A stretch of 64,000 bases of DNA from Candidatus Magasanikiibacteriota bacterium (GTDB lineage: Bacteria; Patescibacteriota; Patescibacteriia; Magasanikbacterales; UBA922), in the NCBI GenBank assembly GCA_003482855.1, contig DMXO01000004.1, forward strand, positions 141,464-205,463. Reading direction: 5' to 3'. The notes beneath the pieces were generated by a model. That model saw only the letters and a list, made by a program, of their open reading frames with translations, did no database searches and had not been told where the DNA came from. Shown here piece by piece: positions 18,905 through 28,273 of the stretch; position 1 is the stretch's first letter; each line of letters starts with the position of its first letter. Both the position numbers and the translations under genes were made by a program.

Positions 18905-19691
18905 GGAGTGTAGTAACACCACGCACGGTATGTATGTCTATCTCTATGACAATTTTTTGAAACAGAAGCGCCATGAATCAGTTCTCAAAGCGATGGAGAC
19001 TAAGTTGACAGATTATGGGATAGCTGGTAAAATTATTCGGCTCCAACATTATACGAGTGCGGAGCTTTTGGTAGAAGATGAGATTAGGAAGGGCGCCAAG
19101 ACTATAGTTATTGTTGGTGATGATACTACTTTTGGGCATGTTCTTTCTCGAGCAGCTTCATGCAAGGTTACCTATGGTTTTTTGCCCGTAGGTCAAGACA
19201 ACGCTATAGCACAAGTTCTTGGTATACCACTCGGTGTTGAGGCATGTGATGTATTGGCTCGAAGGAGAAAGTTGCGTCTCGATGTCGGTTGGGTTAACAA
19301 TAGATACTTTATCTCTCAGCTACATATTCCGCCAAGCAATATTTCTATTGAGTATGATGAGAGCTTTAAAGTATCGAGTACAACAGGTAAAATGGAATTG
19401 GTAGTGTGTAATCTCAAGCCATTTATATGGACAGGTAAAGGAAAGCAATATGTTGTGCATCCACAAGATGGTAAGTTGGAAGCTTTCTTGCGTCCTGTTG
19501 TAAAAAGTAAAATTTTAAGAAAAGATTTATTTGAAGCGCCAAGCATTTTTCCTTTTGCTGAAATGGTCGTAAGTAGTAGGACTCCATTTCCTGTTGAGAC
19601 AGATGGCAAGGTTTCAAAGGAAGTAAAGATAACCATTAAATTAGCAAAAAGCAGGATTGAGATGGTCGTGGGGAAGGATAGGAAATTTTAA
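18888..19691 (+). CDS. Diacylglycerol-kinase-catalytic-domain (YegS/BmrU-like) lipid kinase
   Basis: IVIVGDDTTFGHV (GGDGT-like) and LPVGQDNAIA (P-x-GTGN-like) motifs. Confidence 0.55.
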   Translation: MKKINKECSNTTHGMYVYLYDNFLKQKRHESVLKAMETKLTDYGIAGKIIRLQHYTSAELLVEDEIRKGAKTIVIVGDDTTFGHVLSRAASCKVTYGFLPVGQDNAIAQVLGIPLGVEACDVLARRRKLRLDVGWVNNRYFISQLHIPPSNISIEYDESFKVSSTTGKMELVVCNLKPFIWTGKGKQYVVHPQDGKLEAFLRPVVKSKILRKDLFEAPSIFPFAEMVVSSRTPFPVETDGKVSKEVKITIKLAKSRIEMVVGKDRKF

Positions 19692-19706
19692 ATTTTGAAT
19701 AGTTAT

Positions 19707-19788
19707 GCCCAGGTGGCGAAATTGGTATACGCACTACCTTGAGGTGGTAGCGGGGAAACTCATGCGGGTTCAAATCCCGCCCTGGGCA
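19707..19788 (+). tRNA. tRNA-Leu (anticodon GAG), type II with long variable arm
   Basis: Manual fold: acceptor GCCCAGG/CCTGGGC, anticodon loop TTGAGGT, T-loop GGTTCAAATCC; CCA not encoded. Confidence 0.85.
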
Positions 19789-19800
19789 CTCTGTATATAT

Positions 19801-19831
19801 AAAAGGAATCTTGACACAAGAGTCCTTTTTT
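19801..19831 (+). terminator. Hairpin plus T-run after tRNA-Leu
   Basis: aaaaggaatcttgacacaagagtcctttttt. Confidence 0.5.
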
Positions 19832-19844
19832 GTTATAGTATGTA

Positions 19845-20232
19845 GGTTCATTTTATGGAAGATGATCGCTCCGACGTCACGTCGGAGAGGAAAGTCCGAA
19901 CTCTAATTCGCTGATGAGGCGAAGAAAGGTAGTGGATAACGTCCACCCCTCGAGCTGTGAAGTTTCGGGGCGGGAAAGCGCCACAGAGACAATACTACCC
20001 TGACGTAACGTTGGGGGAAAGGTGAAAAGTGTATAGAAGTTTTTGATCTCGAGTCAAAAGTTACTATACTCTCCGTTCCGTGAGGAATTGGAGTGGCAAG
20101 CCCTACCTGGAGAAAGAGCAGCGCGCCGATGAGGCTGCGAAAAGTTAGCTCGTTTGATCACGTAGAGTAATTTACGTGGCAGAGAAATGATCATCCTCGA
20201 CAAAATTCGGCTTATATCCATAGAATGAATTT
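19845..20232 (+). ncRNA. rnpB: RNase P RNA (bacterial type)
   Basis: Conserved blocks GAGGAAAGTCCGAAC (CR-I/P4), GGGAAAGGTGAAAAG (CR-II-like), ACAAAATTCGGCTTATA (CR-V); P1 pairing of 5' GGTTCATTTTATGG with 3' CCATAGAATGAATT; boundaries approximate. Confidence 0.8.
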
Positions 20233-20329
20233 TCTAAATTACCCTAATATAAGGGTAATTTTGTTTTTATGTCGGTTGACCAGATCATCTTTTTGCAGTA
20301 ATATATACATATAAAATAGCTTATATATT

Positions 20330-21748
20330 ATGAAGCGGTCGGAAGTTATTCTCATGGTTTTACAAGTGCCTATTGATTTTATCATGTTACTTGTGGCAGG
20401 AGTGTCCGCATATTTTTTGCGTTTTACTGATTGGGCGCTTCGTTTGAAGCCAGTTGTTTTTGATATCACTCTTGGTGAATTTTTGTATTATGTTGCGTGG
20501 GTTGGACTTGGCTGGATGATTATATTTATGATCGTCGGTTTGTATTCCACTGATCCAAATAGAAAATTTGCCCGTGATCTTGTTCGTGTTCTACTTGCTT
20601 GTACGACTGGTCTGGCTGCTGTAGCAGTGTATGTCATGTTTACCCAACAATTGTTTGATTCTCGTTTTTTGGTAGTAGTGAGTTGGGGTTTTGCAATTTT
20701 ATATGTAGTAATTGGTAGATTTTTTATGCGTGGTGTCAAAGGTTTGCTATATCGATGGGGCATAGGTTTACGGCGTGTAGTAGTCATCGGCGCCCAAGAT
20801 ATTGCTCATGCGATTGTTGAAACTCTTTCATCACGTCGAGAACTTGGTTATGAAGTGGTGGGTACATTTGCATCATATACTGCGAAGATAGAGCATGAAT
20901 TAGATGATGTGAAACCTCATGAACTCATTTTTACCAACCCGAAGGCAAATGAAAAAGAGACATTATCTGCAATAAGGTTTTGTAATCAACATCATATTGT
21001 TTTTAAATATTCTGCTGATTTGTTTGACACATATACGACTAACATGTCAGTTAGTGCACTTGCCGGTGTCCCTATTGTAGAATTGAAACGGACTTCTCTT
21101 GATGGGTGGGGTAGAGTCGCCAAGCGTATTTTTGATATCATTTTTAGTGTTATTGTCCTCGTCATAATGAGCCCTCTTATGATTTTTGTGTCTCTTGTGA
21201 TTTTGTTTGAAACAGGGAGACCTATTATCTATAAAAATGAACGAGTAGGTATCCGCGGTAATGCATTTATGGCATTTAAATTTCGCTCTATGCATCAGAA
21301 AGATTCCACAGGCCCACAGTTTGGTGAATCTGGTGAAAAAGCAGAACGAAAAGAGCAGGAACTTATTGAGAAACAAAATACTAAGACAGGTCCTATATAT
21401 AAAATTAAGGATGATCCCCGCATTACATCGTTTGGAAGGTTTATTCGTAGATGGAGTATTGATGAGTTACCTCAATTTTTCAATGTGTTCAAGGGCAACA
21501 TGAGTATTGTTGGGCCGCGTCCTCATCAACCGCGAGAAGTTGAGCAATATAAATCTCAATATCCCACTGTTTTTGTACTCAAACCTGGTGTGACAGGGTT
21601 AGCACAGATATCTGGGAGAAGCGATTTGTCATTTGAAGAAGAGATGCAACTTGATATATTGTATACAGAGAAATGGAGTCTATTGCAGGATTTTGTCATT
21701 TTTATCAAGACGCCATTTATTGTTTTTAAAAAACGTAAAGCATTGTAG
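20330..21748 (+). CDS. Polyprenyl-phosphate sugar phosphotransferase (bacterial sugar transferase, WbaP/WcaJ-like)
   Basis: N-terminal TM bundle; C-terminal ELPQFFNVFKGNMSIVGPRP and KPGVTGLAQISGR motifs. Confidence 0.85.
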   Translation: MKRSEVILMVLQVPIDFIMLLVAGVSAYFLRFTDWALRLKPVVFDITLGEFLYYVAWVGLGWMIIFMIVGLYSTDPNRKFARDLVRVLLACTTGLAAVAVYVMFTQQLFDSRFLVVVSWGFAILYVVIGRFFMRGVKGLLYRWGIGLRRVVVIGAQDIAHAIVETLSSRRELGYEVVGTFASYTAKIEHELDDVKPHELIFTNPKANEKETLSAIRFCNQHHIVFKYSADLFDTYTTNMSVSALAGVPIVELKRTSLDGWGRVAKRIFDIIFSVIVLVIMSPLMIFVSLVILFETGRPIIYKNERVGIRGNAFMAFKFRSMHQKDSTGPQFGESGEKAERKEQELIEKQNTKTGPIYKIKDDPRITSFGRFIRRWSIDELPQFFNVFKGNMSIVGPRPHQPREVEQYKSQYPTVFVLKPGVTGLAQISGRSDLSFEEEMQLDILYTEKWSLLQDFVIFIKTPFIVFKKRKAL

Positions 21749-21757
21749 ATATATAGT

Positions 21758-22885
21758 ATGAAAGTAGCGCTCGTACACGATTATCTTTCGCAGGACGGAG
21801 GGGCAGAGCGAGTACTCAAGGCGTTTACAGAAATATGGTCTGAAGCGCCTATTTTTGTTTTGTTTCATGACAAAAATAAGATGCAAGGATTTGAACACGC
21901 TGATATACGCCAATCATTTATTAGCAAATTACCATTTGGTAAAACCAAATATCAATGGTATCTCCCATGGATGCCTTTTGCGACCGAGCATCACAACTTA
22001 CATGATTTTGACGTAGTGATTTCATCGACAAGCGCTTTTGCAAAAGGTGTCTTGACTCGTCCTGATACCCTTCATATTTCATATTGCCACACCCCGACAC
22101 GCTATTTGTGGACTGATACCCATGAGTATATTGCTGATTTGAATTACAATCGGGTGGTCAAAGCTTTGTTGCCCCGTCTCATTTATAAATTGAGAATTTG
22201 GGACAAGATGAGCACAGATCGGGTAGATCATTTTGTTGCCAATTCTGACACGGTGCGTGGCCGTATAGAGAAATATTATCGTCGGTCAAGCGATATTATT
22301 TACCCTCCGGTAAATGTGGACTCTTTTTTTATAAGTCAAGACGTTGGAGACTATTTCGTCACGGGCGGTCGCATGGTTCCTTACAAGCGTTTTGATTTAG
22401 TTGTACAAGCATTCAATCGTTTGAAACTACCTCTTAAGATTTTTGGTGATGGTCCAGAACGTGAACGACTTGCACGCATTGCAAAAGACAATATTGAATT
22501 TGTTGGGCGTATAGATGAAGCAGAGAAGGCAACGCTACTGAGCCATGCGCGGGCTTTTATACATCCTCAGGTAGAGGATCTTGGCATTACCCCTATTGAA
22601 TCTATGGCATCAGGCAGGCCTGTCATTGCGTATGGTGTCGGTGGTGTTACCGAGACCGTAATGCCCGGGAAAACAGGTCTATTTTTTTATGATCAAACAT
22701 GGGAATCATTGGTTGATGTATTGTTGAGATTTGAATATATGACATGGGATAGCGAATTGATACGAGAACGGGCAAAACATTTTGATGTATTGGAATTCAA
22801 GGATAAGATGAAGAAATATGTGGAGGATAGATATGAAGAATTTACCCGCGGGCTCAACCAATGCAGGCTCGATATACGTATATAA
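21758..22885 (+). CDS. Glycosyltransferase family 4
   Basis: GT-B fold, E-x7-E region (HPQVEDLGITPIESMASGRPVIAYGVGG). Confidence 0.8.
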   Translation: MKVALVHDYLSQDGGAERVLKAFTEIWSEAPIFVLFHDKNKMQGFEHADIRQSFISKLPFGKTKYQWYLPWMPFATEHHNLHDFDVVISSTSAFAKGVLTRPDTLHISYCHTPTRYLWTDTHEYIADLNYNRVVKALLPRLIYKLRIWDKMSTDRVDHFVANSDTVRGRIEKYYRRSSDIIYPPVNVDSFFISQDVGDYFVTGGRMVPYKRFDLVVQAFNRLKLPLKIFGDGPERERLARIAKDNIEFVGRIDEAEKATLLSHARAFIHPQVEDLGITPIESMASGRPVIAYGVGGVTETVMPGKTGLFFYDQTWESLVDVLLRFEYMTWDSELIRERAKHFDVLEFKDKMKKYVEDRYEEFTRGLNQCRLDIRI

Positions 22886-24030
22886 TGAATATGGTTATCG
22901 GAATAGACATTAGGTGTCTTACAGATATGCATCGTACAGGTGTTGGCACCTATACAGTCGAATTTTTGAATGCTATTTTTTCTCGTGACAAAGAAAATCA
23001 ATATTATCTATTTTATAATTCGTACAAGGATGTTTCTCATGCTATCTCTATATGGAAACAGGACAATGTACATTATGTAGCGACAAAATTACCGAATAAA
23101 TTGTTGAACATGTTATTATTTTTTGGGTTTTTAAAATTGGATAGCCTCGTTATTGCGGATTATCTAAAAAATAAAAACCTTAAAATAAAGATTGATATTT
23201 GGTTTTCACCAAATTTAAATTTTACATCACTTACTCCACAGGTAACCCATATCCAAACGATTCATGATCTTTCATTTGAAATACTGCCCGAATGTTTTAC
23301 ATGGAAACAGAGACTGTGGCACTGGTTTCTGAATCCGAAAAGACAATGCGAACGAGCGCATACTATCCTGACACCATCACAAAATACAAAAATGGATATC
23401 ACAGAAATATATACTATAAGAGATGATAAAATAAACGTATGGTGTCCATGGGTTTCATCAGGTGTTGTCGAACTAGACTTTGATACCGTGAAAAATAAAT
23501 ATGGCTTGAAGGATACATACATTTTATTTTTGGGTACATTGGAGCCAAGGAAAAATATAGAAAGTGCAATTGGAGCATATAAGAAATCTGGGCTGAAGGC
23601 CATGGGCTATGAGTTTATTGTCGCCGGTGCTCTAGGTTGGAAGTACAAGCCTATTTTAAAAGCAATCGATAATACACCAGGAGTGCATTATTTGGGGTAT
23701 GTATCTTATGAAGAAAAGGTTTTGTTGTATAGGCACGCGAAGTTATTTGTATATCCAAGTTTATATGAAGGATTCGGCCTGCCAGTGCTCGAGGCGATGG
23801 ATAATGGAGTGCCTGTCATCACATCCAATCGTTCTTCGCTTATGGAGGTCGTAGGCGATGCAGCCTACACAGTGAATCCATACAATGTGGCGCATATTGC
23901 GTATGCTATGCGTGTAGTGGTAGGAGACAATGTATTGTGTAGACGAATGTCAGAGGCAGGCAAAAAAAGAGTGACGCAGTATAATGATCACGACCTATTT
24001 GGTAGATTGCTAAGTATATTTAATATATAG
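22861..24030 (+). CDS. Glycosyltransferase family 4 (start probably at internal Met near 22888)
   Basis: [34 protein letters not shown]. Confidence 0.8.
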   Translation: MQARYTYIMNMVIGIDIRCLTDMHRTGVGTYTVEFLNAIFSRDKENQYYLFYNSYKDVSHAISIWKQDNVHYVATKLPNKLLNMLLFFGFLKLDSLVIADYLKNKNLKIKIDIWFSPNLNFTSLTPQVTHIQTIHDLSFEILPECFTWKQRLWHWFLNPKRQCERAHTILTPSQNTKMDITEIYTIRDDKINVWCPWVSSGVVELDFDTVKNKYGLKDTYILFLGTLEPRKNIESAIGAYKKSGLKAMGYEFIVAGALGWKYKPILKAIDNTPGVHYLGYVSYEEKVLLYRHAKLFVYPSLYEGFGLPVLEAMDNGVPVITSNRSSLMEVVGDAAYTVNPYNVAHIAYAMRVVVGDNVLCRRMSEAGKKRVTQYNDHDLFGRLLSIFNI

Positions 24031-24032
24031 AT

Positions 24033-24431
24033 ATGGAAGCGTCACGACACAAAAGGTATATACGTCATTTTTTGTCTTTTCCTTTTATCTATGGGTTATT
24101 ATTGCCATTAGTTTTGCTTGATATTGTGGTAGAGATATATCATAGAGTCTGTTTTCCCCTGTATGGGTTGCCGTATATACGGCGTGGGCAATATATCCGT
24201 ATTGACAGACATAAATTGAGTTATCTTAATTTGATTGAAAAAATGAACTGTGTATATTGTGGCTATGGTAACGGCCTAGCACACTATCTTACCGAGATCG
24301 CTGCACAAACAGAAAAATATTGGTGTGGTATACGGCATAAGGACATTGTGGGGTTCATTCCTCCAAAGCATCATAAAGATTTTTTGCCCTACGGAGATGA
24401 GGGAGCTTTCAGAGAATTTATGAATAAATAG
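24033..24431 (+). CDS. Hypothetical small membrane protein with CxxC-like pair
   Basis: 132-aa ORF embedded among GT genes, one TM, CVYCGYGNG. Confidence 0.4.
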   Translation: MEASRHKRYIRHFLSFPFIYGLLLPLVLLDIVVEIYHRVCFPLYGLPYIRRGQYIRIDRHKLSYLNLIEKMNCVYCGYGNGLAHYLTEIAAQTEKYWCGIRHKDIVGFIPPKHHKDFLPYGDEGAFREFMNK

Positions 24432-24432
24432 T

Positions 24433-25554
24433 ATGAAAATAGGTATTGATTGTCGCATGCTTTCTCCCGGATTTGGTTTGGGAAGGTATGTACAACAATT
24501 GGTAAAACATTTGCAAGCAATTGATACAAAGAATCAATATATTTTATTTTTGAAAGCTGACAATTGGAAGGAAGTGGAGGAGAGCGAGAATTTTAAAAAA
24601 GTTTTAACTGATATACCTTGGTATTCTTGGCAAGAGCAGACTAAGTTGAAAAAAATAATTAAAAAAGAGAATGTGGATTTGATGCATTTTCCACATTGGA
24701 ATGTCCCACTTAGTTACCACGATCCTTTTGTTGTTACGATACATGATCTCATTATGTATCATTTCCCGCGACCTCAGGCGACCACTCGGAGTAGAATTGT
24801 TTTTTGGCTTAAAGACAAAATACATAGAATGGTGATTCGTCATGCGGTAGAAAAAGCGAGCCGTGTTATTGCGACGAGTGAATTTACGAAGGGGGACGTT
24901 GTCAAAACTTTGCACATAGCTGAGAGTAAGATTACGGTGGTATATCAAGCGCCATTTGTTGATGATGCATATCGCGCATCACCTATCACGTATCACGATA
25001 TACAGAAAAAGTATAGCATTACTGAACCATATGTATTATATGTTGGGGCGGCATATCCGCATAAGAATTTGGAAAGATTGGTTGATGCGTGGAAATTATT
25101 TGAAGAAAAATATGGAGAAAATTATCAATTAGTTTTAGTTGGGAAAGAAGACTATTTTTATAAAAGATTAAAATCGGGGATCAAAGCTGGGGAGTCAAAG
25201 ATTATTTTTACTGGTTTTGCTTCAGACGATGAGTTGGTTGAATTGTACAAACACGCATCTCTGTATGTGTTTCCTAGTCTGTATGAAGGATTTGGGCTTC
25301 CTCCTCTTGAGGCAATGAGTTATGGTGTGCCCGTCGTCTCATCACATGCAAGTTGTTTGCCAGAGGTGCTTGGAGACGCAGCTGTATATTTTGACCCACA
25401 GAGCATAGAAAATATATGTTATACCATACAGCGCGTATTGGAGGATAAAGATATACAAACGATGTTGTTGCAAAATGGCAGAGAACGTATCAAAGAGCTG
25501 TCTAATATTCGTGGTGCCTCGAGTACATTAGATATATACAGGTCATGTATATAG
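24433..25554 (+). CDS. Glycosyltransferase family 4
   Basis: YEGFGLPPLEAMSYGVPVVSSHASCLPEVLGDAA. Confidence 0.8.
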   Translation: MKIGIDCRMLSPGFGLGRYVQQLVKHLQAIDTKNQYILFLKADNWKEVEESENFKKVLTDIPWYSWQEQTKLKKIIKKENVDLMHFPHWNVPLSYHDPFVVTIHDLIMYHFPRPQATTRSRIVFWLKDKIHRMVIRHAVEKASRVIATSEFTKGDVVKTLHIAESKITVVYQAPFVDDAYRASPITYHDIQKKYSITEPYVLYVGAAYPHKNLERLVDAWKLFEEKYGENYQLVLVGKEDYFYKRLKSGIKAGESKIIFTGFASDDELVELYKHASLYVFPSLYEGFGLPPLEAMSYGVPVVSSHASCLPEVLGDAAVYFDPQSIENICYTIQRVLEDKDIQTMLLQNGRERIKELSNIRGASSTLDIYRSCI

Positions 25555-25572
25555 TGTTATTCACAGTTTGAT

Positions 25573-25600
25573 GAAAAACGGATAGAAATCCGTTTTTTTA
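25573..25600 (+). terminator. Rho-independent terminator after GT cluster
   Basis: aaaaacggatagaaatccgttttttt. Confidence 0.75.
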
Positions 25601-25651
25601 TATACGACACTATGATATACTATATCTAAAGTTAGAAGTGAAAATACACAA

Positions 25652-28237
25652 ATGACTAAAAAGGAGACAATTAAGAAAGCGGCGTATAGAAAGGCACCTC
25701 GCAAGTGTTCTGTTTGTGGTAAAAATGGACATAATACACGTACGTGTACTACCAAAAAAAAGCGTATACAAAAAAGTAAAAACATTTCATCGTTTATACC
25801 AGTACAGGTAGTTCATGAAGCACATGCTTCTCCGCACTTAGTAGAATTGCAAAAAAAGAAAGCCAATATTCATTGGCAGGGTGTAGAAGTATATCGTGAA
25901 CGCAAAAATTTATCTGCGAGTCGTCAATTAGTAGATTTTGCTTCTCTTGTCCGCAGTGCAAATACCAAAAAGCAAGATATACAAAAAGAACCTACTACTG
26001 TTGAATCAAAAAATATATCTTCATCAGGTATAGATATTCTTGCAGAGATTGCACATATCAAATCACAATCAGAAGGTGTCAACACAACACATACAGTGTC
26101 TGCTCGCAAAGCACTTAATTTACTTACCGCTCGTCATAGATTTGGAGTTGGTACTTATCAAAAGATACAGCATGTATTAGAAGATTGGCAGGAACATATG
26201 CATGACGCGGTTACTAATTTTCGTAGCCATTTTAGCATCAGACGTTTTTCAATCAGTATTATTGGGTTACTATTGGTAGTTGGATTGCCTTTTCCTGTTG
26301 TGGGGTATTATCACAAAATTCAATCAGACACTGCTCGTATCGTGGGAGAGAGCACCAACGCTTTTTTGTCCTTGCAATCATCAACAGTAGCCGCTTTTCA
26401 AAATAATCTGCCTCAAGCAGAGTATGATCTCAATATAGCGCTCAATTCGTTTGGCAACGCACAGGAAATAATAGATCGTGAGTATAAGGCACTTGCATAT
26501 GTGGCGAGTATATTGCCTATTGTAGGAGACAAAGTAAAAAGCAGACAGGAATTATTGCTTGCAGGTCATCATCTTGCATTGGGTAATACATACTTAGTAA
26601 AGGGTATAGACGAAGCAACACGCACGCTGGACATAGATTTGATAGAGAGACTTACTTTGTTGAGACAGCATGTGCGTAGCGCATTGCCTCAGTACAATTC
26701 AGCATTGGATTCTTTGGACAATGTAGATTCTCTCGCCATACCTGCAGAATATCAAGAGTCTTTTAAAGATTTTAAAAATTTATTTGCCGGGTTTATTCAT
26801 GACATGGAAGACGTGGATAATGTTGTCCAAGGTGTGCAACTTATCATGGGAGGTGAAGGCTTCAAACGGTATCTTATTTTGTTTCAAAATAATTATGAGT
26901 TGAGGCCAACAGGTGGTTTCGTTGGCAGTTTTGCTGTTATGGATGTACAAGACGGCAAAATTTTGGATATTTCAGTGCCTGGTGGTGGTAGTTATGATTT
27001 ACAGGGCCAGCTTGATGTGTTTGTGAAACCCCCATTGCCGTTGCAACTACTGAATGGACGTTGGGAATTTCAGGATGGCAATTGGTTCCCTGATTTTCCT
27101 GCGTCTGCTCAGAAAATGGCATGGTTCTATAGACATAGCCGCAATACAACTGTAGACGGCGTGATAGCTGTGAATGCTCATGTTTTGGAGCGATTGCTCG
27201 ATGTCATGGGTCCCATACATAATGATCAGTATGAGTTGATGCTTAATGCCGATGATGCATTGAGTAAGTTGCGATATGAAATTGAATCGTACGATGGAGA
27301 AGAAAATACACCAAAAGCGGTATTGTCAGTATTACTCAATCAACTGATAGAAAATATAGGTCAGATAGAACCGCAACAATTATTGAGTCTTGTCAGTGAA
27401 ACACATGAAGCTCTGATACAAAAAGATATACAATTTTATTTTGTTGATGAGCGTGTAGAAAATGTATTCAAGGAGTATGGATGGACAGGAGAGATACTTG
27501 ATACAGCATCTGACCAAGATTATCTCATGGTGGTCAACAGTAACTTGGGTGGAGGCAAAAGTGATGCCAACGTATCACAACATGTATTTCATCAGGCAGT
27601 AGTGCAAGATGATGGGTCAATTGTTGATACTGTCCTTGTTACTCGATATTATCCAGGAGACGCGTCAGAATCATCCGATGAAGAAATCAATAGTAGCTAT
27701 TTGAGATTATACGTTCCCGAGGGATCAGAACTTCTCGACGCAGGTGGATTTGTGTATCCAGATGAAGCATCGTTTAGAGTGCCGCCTCGCTCATATACGA
27801 CAGATATAGATTTGAGCAATGTAGAGCAGGAAGAGTCAATTCATGTAGGGACAGGCACACGTATTACGCATGAATTTGGCAAAACAGCATTTGGTAATTG
27901 GATTGTGACAAGACCAGGGCATGAAACACAAGTATATTTTATATACAAGATCCCTTTCAACGTATTTAGAGACGCACAGATTGAGGAAGAAGATTCATCT
28001 GAAATAGCATCACTTATTGATACGTTTGGAGGAAAGGAAGATTTTTCTCGTTACAGTGTTGTCTTACAAAGACAATCAGGATCTCGTAGTAATTTTGAAC
28101 ATGCTATTATTTATCCAGAAGGATGGAAACCTGTATGGAAGGTGGGGGATGCACTGGAGTTGTCTGCCAATGGTGCCGCGGCACAAGGTCCTTTGGAGAC
28201 TGATGAAGTTTTTGGCATTATTATGAAACAAGAATAA
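25652..28237 (+). CDS. Single-pass membrane protein: cytoplasmic CCHC zinc-knuckle tail, large extracellular domain
   Basis: CSVCGKNGHNTRTC fits C-x2-C-x4-H-x4-C; basic tail; one TM (SIIGLLLVVGLPFPVVGYY); about 650-aa external domain. Confidence 0.6.
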   Translation: MTKKETIKKAAYRKAPRKCSVCGKNGHNTRTCTTKKKRIQKSKNISSFIPVQVVHEAHASPHLVELQKKKANIHWQGVEVYRERKNLSASRQLVDFASLVRSANTKKQDIQKEPTTVESKNISSSGIDILAEIAHIKSQSEGVNTTHTVSARKALNLLTARHRFGVGTYQKIQHVLEDWQEHMHDAVTNFRSHFSIRRFSISIIGLLLVVGLPFPVVGYYHKIQSDTARIVGESTNAFLSLQSSTVAAFQNNLPQAEYDLNIALNSFGNAQEIIDREYKALAYVASILPIVGDKVKSRQELLLAGHHLALGNTYLVKGIDEATRTLDIDLIERLTLLRQHVRSALPQYNSALDSLDNVDSLAIPAEYQESFKDFKNLFAGFIHDMEDVDNVVQGVQLIMGGEGFKRYLILFQNNYELRPTGGFVGSFAVMDVQDGKILDISVPGGGSYDLQGQLDVFVKPPLPLQLLNGRWEFQDGNWFPDFPASAQKMAWFYRHSRNTTVDGVIAVNAHVLERLLDVMGPIHNDQYELMLNADDALSKLRYEIESYDGEENTPKAVLSVLLNQLIENIGQIEPQQLLSLVSETHEALIQKDIQFYFVDERVENVFKEYGWTGEILDTASDQDYLMVVNSNLGGGKSDANVSQHVFHQAVVQDDGSIVDTVLVTRYYPGDASESSDEEINSSYLRLYVPEGSELLDAGGFVYPDEASFRVPPRSYTTDIDLSNVEQEESIHVGTGTRITHEFGKTAFGNWIVTRPGHETQVYFIYKIPFNVFRDAQIEEEDSSEIASLIDTFGGKEDFSRYSVVLQRQSGSRSNFEHAIIYPEGWKPVWKVGDALELSANGAAAQGPLETDEVFGIIMKQE

Positions 28238-28273
28238 CTTTTCGTATCAAAATTAATATTTTAGTTTGTTTGT

